32,000 bases of DNA from Candidatus Hermodarchaeota archaeon (GCA_048886185.1 JBHLKY010000006.1:90001-122000); one strand, 5' to 3'; counted from the stretch's first letter, positions 7,633-16,688 are shown. The notes: generated by a model from the sequence alone, not told the origin. Numbers and translations are program-made.

Positions 7633-8832
7633 ATGACAATAGAGAAAAAAAATGTTAATCCTAAACAAATTGCTAGTCGTATGACCCGAATCCGTCCGTC
7701 AGGATTGAGAAAACTATTTGATCTGGAACATAAGATTGCTAAATCCTCTTCTCATAAAGTTCTCTCTTTTGGGCTTGGAAATCTCAACATCCCAACCATG
7801 CCAGAGATTATTAATCAATTAAAAATAGCTCTTGATGATCCTGTCTCACACAGATATTCTCCTAATGCTGGGCTTTTAGAGCTACGAGAGGCATTAGTCG
7901 AGAAATATAAAACTGAATACAATCTCGATTATTCCCCCGAACAGGTTGTAATCACTTCAGGTTGCTTAGAAGCTTTGATAGATACATTCATTGCTCTTAT
8001 AAACCCTGGTGATGAAGTTCTCATACAAGACCCCACTTTTGGTTATTATAACAGTCAAATTAATCTCGTGGGGGGAAACGTTAAACGAATTCCTTTGAAT
8101 AATGAATTTAAATTAGATGCAGAAGCTGTAAAAGAAGCTATTACATCAAAAACAAAAGCTATAGTTCTCAACTTCCCTTGTAATCCAACTGGAAGTGTTA
8201 TGAATCGTGATCAAATTCGAGCAGTTGTCGAAACAGCTGCAGATGAAGGGATCATCATAATATCTGACGAAGCATATGAGTCTATCTTCTATAACGACCA
8301 CAAACATACATGTGCTGCAGAAATCGATTATGAGAATGTCATCGTCATCTCATCTTTTTCCAAAACATATTGTATGACTGGTTTTCGGGTAGGTTACCTT
8401 TTAGGCCACCCAGATTTTCTCACCTCCATTTCATTAGTTCATCAATACAATACAGCTTGCGCAAACACTCCAGCTCAAATTGCAGCTAAAATTGCCTTAC
8501 AATCTCCTTCCTCTATAAGGAAACCAATGATGAAGGAACTTGATGAAAGGCGAAAGGAGGCTATTAGAGCTTTTTCCTCTGTTGAAGGGATTGAATTAAA
8601 TTATGATCCTCTTGGAGCTTTCTATATTTATCCCAATGTCAGAGGCTTAGGAATGGATGGAACAGAATTTTCAGAATTCATCTTAAATAATTGCCAGATA
8701 GTAGTGGTTCCAGGAACAGAATTTGGGACAACTACAGTTGATCATATTCGTGTATCTTATGGTTTTTTGAATCAAGAAGACATTCGAGAGGCAGGTTCAC
8801 GAATTAATGAGTGTTTTTCAAAAATTCAATAA
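7633..8832 (+). CDS. PLP-dependent aminotransferase class I/II (aspartate aminotransferase-like)
   Basis: YSPNAGLLELREA, NFPCNPTG, ISDEAYE, SFSKTYCMTGFRVGY; start moved to ATG 7633 to remove the divergent overlap with maf. Confidence 0.92.
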   Translation: MTIEKKNVNPKQIASRMTRIRPSGLRKLFDLEHKIAKSSSHKVLSFGLGNLNIPTMPEIINQLKIALDDPVSHRYSPNAGLLELREALVEKYKTEYNLDYSPEQVVITSGCLEALIDTFIALINPGDEVLIQDPTFGYYNSQINLVGGNVKRIPLNNEFKLDAEAVKEAITSKTKAIVLNFPCNPTGSVMNRDQIRAVVETAADEGIIIISDEAYESIFYNDHKHTCAAEIDYENVIVISSFSKTYCMTGFRVGYLLGHPDFLTSISLVHQYNTACANTPAQIAAKIALQSPSSIRKPMMKELDERRKEAIRAFSSVEGIELNYDPLGAFYIYPNVRGLGMDGTEFSEFILNNCQIVVVPGTEFGTTTVDHIRVSYGFLNQEDIREAGSRINECFSKIQ

Positions 8833-8978
8833 ATTACAAAAAAATTTCTATATAAATCAATCATTGAATCGATTATCATCAGCTATTCCCATTTTTGTAA
8901 GCCTATCGTCAAGATAGATCACTGAAAGTATGAAAAAATATTTATTTTGCGGTTTCACTGTCCTTGAAGGTGCAAAGT

Positions 8979-10295
8979 ATGAAATCAAACAGAGAATTGG
9001 TTCTCAAAGCAGATGAATTACCTAATAAATGGTATAATATCATTCCAGATTTACCTGAACCTCTTCCACCACCTAAAGATCCCCCTGAAGGTTATTCAAG
9101 AGTCAATGACTTGCCTAATATGCTTCTAGAAGAATGCTTAAAGCAAGAAATGTCAGATCAGAGATGGGTTGCAATTCCTGAGGGAATTCGTGACTTATTC
9201 CTGTCAGCAGGAAGACCCAGACCTTTATTCAGAGCAATAAATCTTGAAGAACGATTGGGAACACCGGCAAAATTATTCTATAAATCAGAATTTTTCAGTC
9301 CAACAGGCAGTCATAAGGTTAACACTGCTCTTGCTCAAGCTTTTTATGCAAAACAGGAAGGTTTCGAGCGGCTTACAACAGAAACAGGAGCAGGCCAATG
9401 GGGTAATGCCCTCGCTTATGCTGCAAGTCTAAATAATTTAGAGTGTACAGTTTTTTGGGTTCGAGCGGTCTACCGATGGAAAGAACAGAGGTTAAAATTC
9501 ATGCAAATGTACGGAGCGGATGTCTATGCCTCACCCAGCAACAAAACAGAATTTGGTAAGAAACTATACAAAAAGGATCCGAATCATAATGGTTCATTGG
9601 GAATTGCTATTTCCGAGGGATTAGAAGAAGCCAAGAAAGACCCAAAGGCTGTATATTGTCTTGGTTCTGTACTGAACCATGTAATGTTGCACCAATCTAT
9701 AATTGGACTTGAAACTAAAGCTCAAATGGAGCTTGCAGGAGAATATCCTGATATTATAATTTCGTGTCTTGGAGGAGGTAGCAACTTCGGTGGTTTAGCT
9801 CTCCCTTTCATGCATGATGTCCTCACTGAGAGTCGAGAAATAAAGTTTATTGCTTCACAAAGCAAAGCAGCTCCTAATCTACAAGGAGAGTACAAATATG
9901 ACTATGCTGATCATGCGGAAATGACTCCAATGCTGAAAATGTATACACTTGGACATCAAGTAACAATGGTACCAATCAGGGGAGATGGTTTACGATATCA
10001 TGGTTGTTCACCCATTTTAAGTCTATTACGGCATCATGGTTACATTGATACTGTTGCTTATCCTGAGGATGAGAAATATGTTTTTGATAGAGCAAAAGAG
10101 TTTGTACGAGCAGAAGGATTTCTACCAGCCCCTGAGTCAGCCTATAGTATCGCATGTGCCATTGACGAGGCAATGAAATGTAAAAAAGAAAAAGAAGCAA
10201 AAACAATATTGTTTAATGTTAGCGGGCATGGTTTTATGGATATGGATGGTTACGCGGAGATTTTAGGCTTAAAGAAACACCCGGAAAAGTCATAA
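8979..10295 (+). CDS. trpB2: Tryptophan synthase beta chain, TrpB2 type (stand-alone)
   Basis: LPNKWYNI, SPTGSHKVNTA (PLP lysine), TETGAGQWG, GSVLNHV, GGGSNFGG, GLRYHG, PAPESA, FNVSGHG; no trpA in the window. Confidence 0.92.
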   Translation: MKSNRELVLKADELPNKWYNIIPDLPEPLPPPKDPPEGYSRVNDLPNMLLEECLKQEMSDQRWVAIPEGIRDLFLSAGRPRPLFRAINLEERLGTPAKLFYKSEFFSPTGSHKVNTALAQAFYAKQEGFERLTTETGAGQWGNALAYAASLNNLECTVFWVRAVYRWKEQRLKFMQMYGADVYASPSNKTEFGKKLYKKDPNHNGSLGIAISEGLEEAKKDPKAVYCLGSVLNHVMLHQSIIGLETKAQMELAGEYPDIIISCLGGGSNFGGLALPFMHDVLTESREIKFIASQSKAAPNLQGEYKYDYADHAEMTPMLKMYTLGHQVTMVPIRGDGLRYHGCSPILSLLRHHGYIDTVAYPEDEKYVFDRAKEFVRAEGFLPAPESAYSIACAIDEAMKCKKEKEAKTILFNVSGHGFMDMDGYAEILGLKKHPEKS

Positions 10296-10462
10296 GCCTC
10301 CCTTAATAGCACAAAATGGGTAGGTTTTCCTTTGAAGAATAAAATTTGAATCTATTTCTAATAATAGAAAATATGAAGAGTGTTATTGGGAGATAGTGCT
10401 GTCTAATAGCATTTTCCCAATGAGAATACCGATTTCCTCCCAATGAAACCTTGCTAGTCTCT

Positions 10463-10675
10463 TCACGCAATTAATCTTCGGGAAACATAATCAGAAAGCT
10501 TTTTGTTTCTAGGGATTCGGGTTACAAATGCATCCATACCACATTCATTACACTTCAAACGAAGTGCACCATGATTGACAATAGTATTTATGGTATGAGT
10601 ATGACACCAAGGGCATAATAGCTCTAGTTCGGCCCGATGTTGAAGATCTACATTCTCTTCGATTTCGATTGTCAT
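10463..10675 (-). CDS. Small C4 zinc-ribbon protein (70 aa), possibly Elf1-like
   Basis: CPWC-x17-CNEC; GGAGG Shine-Dalgarno 6 nt before ATG. Confidence 0.75.
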   Translation of the reverse strand: MTIEIEENVDLQHRAELELLCPWCHTHTINTIVNHGALRLKCNECGMDAFVTRIPRNKKLSDYVSRRLIA

Positions 10676-10683
10676 TTTTTTAC

Positions 10684-10817
10684 CTCCAATTCTTTTATTA
10701 GAGTGGAAAACAGCCCTATATGGGTTCGTTTTCCGATACAGCTAAGCTGTATCACACCGAGTTGATTTCAGTGGCCTATTTCTATAGAGAGATGACATCT
10801 AGAAAATCTAGACGGCA
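10684..10817 (-). ncRNA. Candidate structured 5' leader (six tandem hairpins, the last one sequestering the SD)
   Basis: Inverted repeats at 10793-10817, 10776-10787, 10755-10773, 10735-10753, 10705-10734 and 10684-10703; G-U pairs favour the minus strand; TTTTTATA box at 10848-10841. Confidence 0.55.
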
Positions 10818-11462
10818 GATAATTTTTTTTCCTCAGGGTCTATAAAAATGTTATGATTTATAACGGTTTTTGTAATTTTATACAAAGTTACAATTATTTT
10901 TTCATTCAGAAATCTTTCCTCTAGCATCTCTATTCTTCGGGATAAAAGTTAAAGAATTCAGATTTTACCCGAATTTATAATTATTTTGAGGATACCATTA
11001 AATCTTATAATTTTTTGCATCTTTCGAGTCCCCAAGTAGCTAGTGTCCAGTTTGATATATTTAAGATTATAACCGCAAAATATTTTTTCTGAAATAACTT
11101 AATATCAAAAATTTATTTAAATAATCTTTTTAAACTTATTTATTGTGTTGGAGTTAAGGAAAAAATAAAAGATTTTTTGGAAGATATTCATTCAAACTCT
11201 TTGTCAATCAGAATCGAACTATTCTGCCTTTATATAGATTTTAATGAAACAGGATTGAATGATTGATAATAAATTCGCGCTTCAAAATGAATGTTTTAAT
11301 TGACTTAAAATGATTTATTGATAATCAAAAATTATCAAGTAAATACAAAGAACAATAATAGAGAATAGAAAGAAATGGATTTGGTACAATTTTCACATTA
11401 TAACACAGAAGAAATTCTTTCAAGAGCCAGATAGACATAAGTTTTGGAATGATGTTCTTATC

Positions 11463-12626
11463 ATGGTAATTCTTTCTAGAATTTTTAGCAAATATGCGTT
11501 AATTGGAGAAAACCTCACATTAAAAGAGAATGTATTAATAAAGATCAATAACAAAGGTAAGATATCAAGGGTGGAATGCGATACACCACCTAAAAAAATT
11601 ATCTCGGAGTGTTCATTCTCTCATCATTTACTTCTGCCTAAATTTATCAATTCTCATACTCATCTAGGAGATTCCATTTTAAAGGATCAGGCATATCAGT
11701 TGTCACTCAATGAGGCTGTTGGAGTAAATGGGTATAAATATCAAACTATAGGGCATAATAGAATCCAACGTATTGCTGCGATGAGATCAGCTATAATAGA
11801 AATGATTGAGAATGGTACTGCAGCTTGTTGTGATTTCAGGGAAGGAGGATTAAATGGAATAAATGAACTCCGAGAAGCAGCAAAAAACTTACCAATTGAT
11901 CTTCACATACTTGGCCGTCAGCACACAAAGGCTGATTTAAACGATGTTATTTCACAATGTAACGGTTTGGGATTAGCAACACCTCTATTATTCTCTCGAA
12001 AAGAATTAGAGATAATTCGGTTACAAACCTCTTCTTCAAATGTTTTAGTCGCAACACACATTGGAGAAAATCATCAGATAATTCAGGAATCTAAAGAAAA
12101 ATTTGGATTTTCTGATTTACAAGTTGCTCTTAAATATCTTAATTCAGATATTTTGATCCATTTAACCGTAACTGATGAACATGAGCTCGGTGAAATACCT
12201 CAATCTAAATTTATCGTTTTTTGCCCTCGTTCCAATGCTTATTTTGGATTAGGATTTCCTCCTGTTAATTATTTTTTAGATAAACACCACTTGCTTGGAT
12301 TAGGAACAGATAATGTAATGGTTAACACCCCAAATGTATTAGAAGAATTAAGATGGCTTGTACTGCGGTTGAAGGAACAAGGGATCTCAATAGAACCGAT
12401 ACAAGCGTTACAATTTATTACAACAAATCCTTCTAAACCTTTAAAACTGCTCACAGGCTGTATCCAAGTAGGTTACTGGGCAGATTTGTTAGCTATTAAT
12501 CTTCAAAGCAATAGAACCTTATTCGGGGCAGATCCTGTCTTAACACTACTCTTTCGTTGTCAGCTTCCAGAAGATATTACTCTTAATCTTTTTCACGGAG
12601 AAGAAGTTACAGATGAGCTTGTTTAG
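11463..12626 (+). CDS. Metal-dependent amidohydrolase/deaminase (SsnA/MTA-SAH deaminase superfamily)
   Basis: PKFINSHTHLGD (HxH), THIGE (HxxE), IHL, CPRSN, GLGTDN, IQVGYWADL. Confidence 0.88.
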   Translation: MVILSRIFSKYALIGENLTLKENVLIKINNKGKISRVECDTPPKKIISECSFSHHLLLPKFINSHTHLGDSILKDQAYQLSLNEAVGVNGYKYQTIGHNRIQRIAAMRSAIIEMIENGTAACCDFREGGLNGINELREAAKNLPIDLHILGRQHTKADLNDVISQCNGLGLATPLLFSRKELEIIRLQTSSSNVLVATHIGENHQIIQESKEKFGFSDLQVALKYLNSDILIHLTVTDEHELGEIPQSKFIVFCPRSNAYFGLGFPPVNYFLDKHHLLGLGTDNVMVNTPNVLEELRWLVLRLKEQGISIEPIQALQFITTNPSKPLKLLTGCIQVGYWADLLAINLQSNRTLFGADPVLTLLFRCQLPEDITLNLFHGEEVTDELV

Positions 12627-13326
12627 CCTTCCTTCAATTCGACCTTATGTAATTCTATCTGCCGCCATCAGTCTTGATGGACACATCGCTACACTCAATG
12701 GAGACTCACTTCTATCAAATAGAGAAGATTGGATACGAGTTCACCATTTAAGAGCGGACTCCGACGCAATAATGATTGGCAGTGGAACTGTTCGAGCTGA
12801 TGATTCAAAATTGACTGTTAACGAAGATTTAATTGAGGTAAAAAATATAAACCATCCCATTCGGATTGTTGTCAGCTCTGATGGCATGATCCCTCTAAAT
12901 TCGAGGATTATTATTCATCGTCCAGACATTCCAACTCTTATTGCTACAACTTCACGATGTTCATTGATACAAACGGAGAAACTGGAAAAAAGAGGTTGTA
13001 AAATCATTAAATGTGGAAATGGCCCCTTAGTCGACCTAAGTAAGCTCCTATTAGTCTTAAAGACGGATTTTCAAGTTAATAAATTAATGCTTGAAGGAGG
13101 AAGCCAATTAAATGGGGCCATGTTAAATCTCCAGTTTATTGACGAAATTCAATTAGCAATTGCCCCTGTTATCTGCGGTCAAGGAATCCCACTTTTCAAG
13201 CTTTCTAAAGCTTTTTACATGTTTTCGGAGTCACCTTTTTTTGATATAAAATCATACAATCAAATTGGTGACATGATTTGGCTTAAAATGTTAATTAATT
13301 ATCAATCACGAGAGATTGCATTATAA
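12613..13326 (+). CDS. 2,5-diamino-6-ribosylamino-4(3H)-pyrimidinone 5'-phosphate reductase (RibD C-terminal/Rib7/ArfC type)
   Basis: RPYVILSAAISLDGHIA, VHHLRADSDAIMIGSGTVRADDSKL, LMLEGGSQLN, IAPVICG; no N-terminal deaminase domain; 14-nt overlap with the upstream gene. Confidence 0.88.
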   Translation: MSLFSLPSIRPYVILSAAISLDGHIATLNGDSLLSNREDWIRVHHLRADSDAIMIGSGTVRADDSKLTVNEDLIEVKNINHPIRIVVSSDGMIPLNSRIIIHRPDIPTLIATTSRCSLIQTEKLEKRGCKIIKCGNGPLVDLSKLLLVLKTDFQVNKLMLEGGSQLNGAMLNLQFIDEIQLAIAPVICGQGIPLFKLSKAFYMFSESPFFDIKSYNQIGDMIWLKMLINYQSREIAL

Positions 13327-13378
13327 TTGTTTCAGGAGTCTTTAAAGGATGAGATTTTTGAGATAAATTACCCCTATT

Positions 13379-14275
13379 TCATCCTAAAAAGAACATTACT
13401 ACAGCATAAATTATTCCAATGATTACCGCGTGAGATCCTTCAGGATCAAGAGATTTAGCTGCAAAATAAATTAGTACAACCCCCCAAATCAATATGCCCA
13501 TTTCTATGAAAAAAAGTATATCTCCCGTTATCCCGAGAGGTGTACTCATTGAAGATAGATCAAAAATATCATTTACTACATATGTTGTTGGCTCAGTAAA
13601 TAATGAAAAAAGGATAAGGCGTATCAGTTCACTGAATATTCTGGGGAGAAAACTCCAACCTATAATTGTAGCTATAGTTTTAAAATTTCTTTCATGTGAG
13701 GGAACTTGTGATGAAATTATCGATAATAATATCCACAAAATCACACTCCCGATTAACCAGCTAATGATGAATCCCAAAGGGGCAAAAAAAGCTGTAAATA
13801 TCGTCATAACCTCCACCACTTCTTCCATAGAAATGTCCATTCCTGAAAATCCTAAACTGTCATAAAATGCTTGTGTAAACTCTATTGTTGACTTTGAAGA
13901 GAGAACGAATAAAGCTATACCTGAAATAATTCCAGCTATCAAAACAACAAGAAATGGTTGGCCTAAATTCGGTCGTTTAACTATTCGAGCCATTTCCTGT
14001 TGAGGAGAAATCAGAACTCCTTGAAAATGCTGAAAAAACGGAGAGGGATGCTCAGCTGTTATTCTTTCTGGTCTATAAGAATCAGGATAAGAGGGAGTAC
14101 CTCTATCTCTTACAATTGAGGGGTATGAGGAGGGAGGTTTAGAACTAACTACTCCAGTTGGATCAACAGTTGGCACTGGGGTTCCGCAGTAAGCACAAAA
14201 AGTAGCTCCTCCAAGTAATTTCTGACCACAATTTCCACAGAATTTTGGGGAGCCTTTAGGACTGTTATTACTCAT
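13379..14275 (-). CDS. Double zinc-ribbon plus Yip1-domain membrane protein
   Basis: FCGNCG...FCAYCG, Pro/Ser-rich linker, then VLISP...five hydrophobic segments including IIGWSFLP. Confidence 0.78.
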   Translation of the reverse strand: MSNNSPKGSPKFCGNCGQKLLGGATFCAYCGTPVPTVDPTGVVSSKPPSSYPSIVRDRGTPSYPDSYRPERITAEHPSPFFQHFQGVLISPQQEMARIVKRPNLGQPFLVVLIAGIISGIALFVLSSKSTIEFTQAFYDSLGFSGMDISMEEVVEVMTIFTAFFAPLGFIISWLIGSVILWILLSIISSQVPSHERNFKTIATIIGWSFLPRIFSELIRLILFSLFTEPTTYVVNDIFDLSSMSTPLGITGDILFFIEMGILIWGVVLIYFAAKSLDPEGSHAVIIGIIYAVVMFFLG

Positions 14276-14486
14276 GAAAATCAGCTTTTGGTAGTGAAAT
14301 TTTTCATTAATTATAACAAAGGTACATGGAACATGGATTAAAAAATCTTCTTAGAAGGTTTATTTTAAATATAGACAATAGAACATGTGGTCATGATTGA
14401 TGACAAAAGTCTTCGAATTCTATCAAAAATATTAATGATGAGCGATATTGGAGATTAGATCGAAGAAAAAAAAAACCTATATGCCT

Positions 14487-14804
14487 TTAACTAGAACGAT
14501 CTTTTAACACAACGATAGTAAAGCCTGCAGCCTCATCAGGAGTGATAATTATTTCTGATTTAGGCATTTCTACATAAACACTTTGAAGTCGGCCATGTGA
14601 AAGAGCATCCGACACACTTCGAACCTTCTTAACCAATGATGCAATATGAGCTGATACTCTTTCTGCATCTGATTGTGGGAGATTACTTTGAAGTGGTAGC
14701 CCATCTTCATCACAAACTAAAATTCCTTTCACTCCACGTCGGGCTGCTAATCTTTTGATTGTGTTTTGCAATACAGAAGGTATAACATATTCATCATTAG
14801 ACAT
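14487..14804 (-). CDS. Roadblock/LC7 protein, dynein light chain roadblock (DYNLRB)-like, paralog A
   Basis: TIKRLAARRGVKGILVCDEDGLPLQSNL...KVRS...EIIITPD parallels DYNLRB [28 protein letters not shown]...KARS...EIMVAPD. Confidence 0.88.
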   Translation of the reverse strand: MSNDEYVIPSVLQNTIKRLAARRGVKGILVCDEDGLPLQSNLPQSDAERVSAHIASLVKKVRSVSDALSHGRLQSVYVEMPKSEIIITPDEAAGFTIVVLKDRSS

Positions 14805-14825
14805 TTAATTTCATCTTCCTTTTTA

Positions 14826-15170
14826 TTACTTTGATGTTAATGTCATAGTACTACTCTCCCGTTTTACTAGTGCCACAATAATGATTTCGGAGTCATAATC
14901 AGGAATTATTTCTACATCCCCAACCTCCAACTCTAACCGAATGCTTCTAGCTTCTTCTTGTGAAATTTCCCTTGAAATGCTTCTCACTTTTCCCACCAAA
15001 GAGGCAACATGTGCTGCTACTCTCTCTGTATCCTCTTCTGGAAGACTAGATTGGAGTGGTAATCCATCTGTATCACTCAACACAGCACCATATACTCCTT
15101 TATGTTTCCCGACTGATTCTATAACTTTTTCTAGCGCCTGTTGCGATAAATACCCTGCTTCTTGTGACAT
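14826..15170 (-). CDS. Roadblock/LC7 protein, DYNLRB-like, paralog B
   Basis: HKGVYGAVLSDTDGLPLQSSL...ASLVGKVRS...VEIIPD; shares a long block with the downstream paralog. Confidence 0.88.
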   Translation of the reverse strand: MSQEAGYLSQQALEKVIESVGKHKGVYGAVLSDTDGLPLQSSLPEEDTERVAAHVASLVGKVRSISREISQEEARSIRLELEVGDVEIIPDYDSEIIIVALVKRESSTMTLTSK

Positions 15171-15647
15171 TTTTCATCGTATCCTTAAGTGCCCAAGCAT
15201 ATGATGGCCAACTAATAACGATCTAAACAGTAAATCACAATTGTACTTAAAACCTTTTGCTTATAAGTTAGTGGAATTTTAATACTACTCTTGAGAATTT
15301 ACTTAATAATTCAATCAAATGAATATTCTCTGTACATAAACTTATTACGGTAATTTAAAATGTATAATATCAAAATCGGTTAAAAATTTTGATTTATATG
15401 CCTAAATGGAGCTTTTAAATGGGTATTTAGATACCAACTACTCAGATGTTAAGCTATAAACCAATTATTTGAATTTTTATCCTATTATTTATGGATTAAT
15501 CAATCTAAGAAGAATTTAAGGAAGACTTCATGGTCATCATAGTATGTAAGTGATAAATTAATGTGATTTTATAGAGAGAGTTCTGGTAGGCTAAACCTTA
15601 AAAGCAGCTAAAAACAATGAATTCATAATCCTTGGAGCGCATCGCGA

Positions 15648-16097
15648 TTGGTCCCACATAAAGATGAAAACATTAACACATCCCAAGAAAAACTAGATGA
15701 AATTTTGTCATCTATCAAAGAATTAAGATATCATATTGGCATCTTAGATCACAGAATCTCTCAACTCGAGGGGCATATAGACCAGAAATTATCGACTGTT
15801 ACAAAATCTGTTATCTTTCAATCCAGTGTTGATGATGAACAGAAAACAGATTTTGATGATTTAGATGAACATTTGAAACGGACATATCAAACCTTAGCTA
15901 CTGCTCAGGAACCTCTGACTGCCTCACAATTGGCTGAAAGGATGGGAAGGAGTCGCAGCACAACAAGCTATCATTTAAACAAACTTGAAAAGATGGGAGT
16001 TCTTGAAAAATTCCCAAGCCCATTAAAACAAAGTTCAAGAAGTATTCTTTTCCGTCCGAAAGATCGATCATTTGAATTAATAGACTCAGAGCATTAA
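15648..16097 (+). CDS. Coiled-coil plus winged HTH (ArsR/TrmB-like) transcriptional regulator
   Basis: Heptad-like LDEILSSIKELRYHIGILDHRISQLE, then LTASQLAERMGRSRSTTSYHLNKLEKMGVL; start uncertain (TTG). Confidence 0.8.
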   Translation: MVPHKDENINTSQEKLDEILSSIKELRYHIGILDHRISQLEGHIDQKLSTVTKSVIFQSSVDDEQKTDFDDLDEHLKRTYQTLATAQEPLTASQLAERMGRSRSTTSYHLNKLEKMGVLEKFPSPLKQSSRSILFRPKDRSFELIDSEH

Positions 16098-16151
16098 ATT
16101 TTCTTCTGTATAATTTATTAAAGGAAAAAAGTTGAAAAAGAGTTTTATTAA

Positions 16152-16688
16152 TCAAGAGGTAAACTCTAGAATTTCTTTCCCTAATTGATCGAAAGCAGCT
16201 TGAACCCCATCACCTGTTTTCGCACTAGTTTCAATGAAACTTAATCCAAGACGGTCAGCAAGCTTTTTACCTTCTTCTGTAGACACGGTTTCTGTTCCTT
16301 CCTCACGTAAATCAGTTTTATTTGCCAAGAGAACCACAGGTACGTCTTGATCACGTTTAGAGTTAGCTAAAATGTCTTTGAGCCATTTTTCCACATTTTC
16401 AAACGTTTGTCGTCGTGTGATGTCATAAACAAGGATTCCACCAAAAACTTTTGTATAATAAGCCTTTACAACATCTTTAAACACAGGTTGTCCGGCGAGA
16501 TCCCATATTTGCCAACGAATATGCGTATTATTTACTGTTGTATCATATAGGGCGAAATCGGCGCCCATCGTACTTAAATAATCAGTTTCAAACCCCTCAC
16601 CTAAGTAACGTTTACGTAGAGAGGTTTTGCCAACAGCTCCGTCTCCCAGTAGTACAATCTTCCATAAACGATGATCCTCATTACTCAA
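16152..16688 (-). CDS. Rab-like small GTPase (Asgard type)
   Basis: G1 GDGAVGKT, G2 YLSTMGADF, G3 WDLAGQ, G4 NKTD, G5 ETSAK; AAGGTGA SD before the TTG start; no C-terminal cysteine. Confidence 0.95.
   Translation of the reverse strand: MSNEDHRLWKIVLLGDGAVGKTSLRKRYLGEGFETDYLSTMGADFALYDTTVNNTHIRWQIWDLAGQPVFKDVVKAYYTKVFGGILVYDITRRQTFENVEKWLKDILANSKRDQDVPVVLLANKTDLREEGTETVSTEEGKKLADRLGLSFIETSAKTGDGVQAAFDQLGKEILEFTS

Noticed and set aside
8979-10295. trpB without trpA as a broken pathway
   Set aside because: Stand-alone TrpB2 is well established in archaea
10705-10734. GAA-bulged hairpin resembling an archaeal SECIS
   Set aside because: The opposite strand is CU rather than A, it lies in a 5' leader, and no in-frame TGA selenoprotein candidate is adjacent
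10830-11462. 630-nt AT-rich spacer with one ORB-like TCCAGTTTGAT, as a possible replication origin
   Set aside because: Only one partial motif, no G-string, no repeats and no orc1/cdc6 in the window
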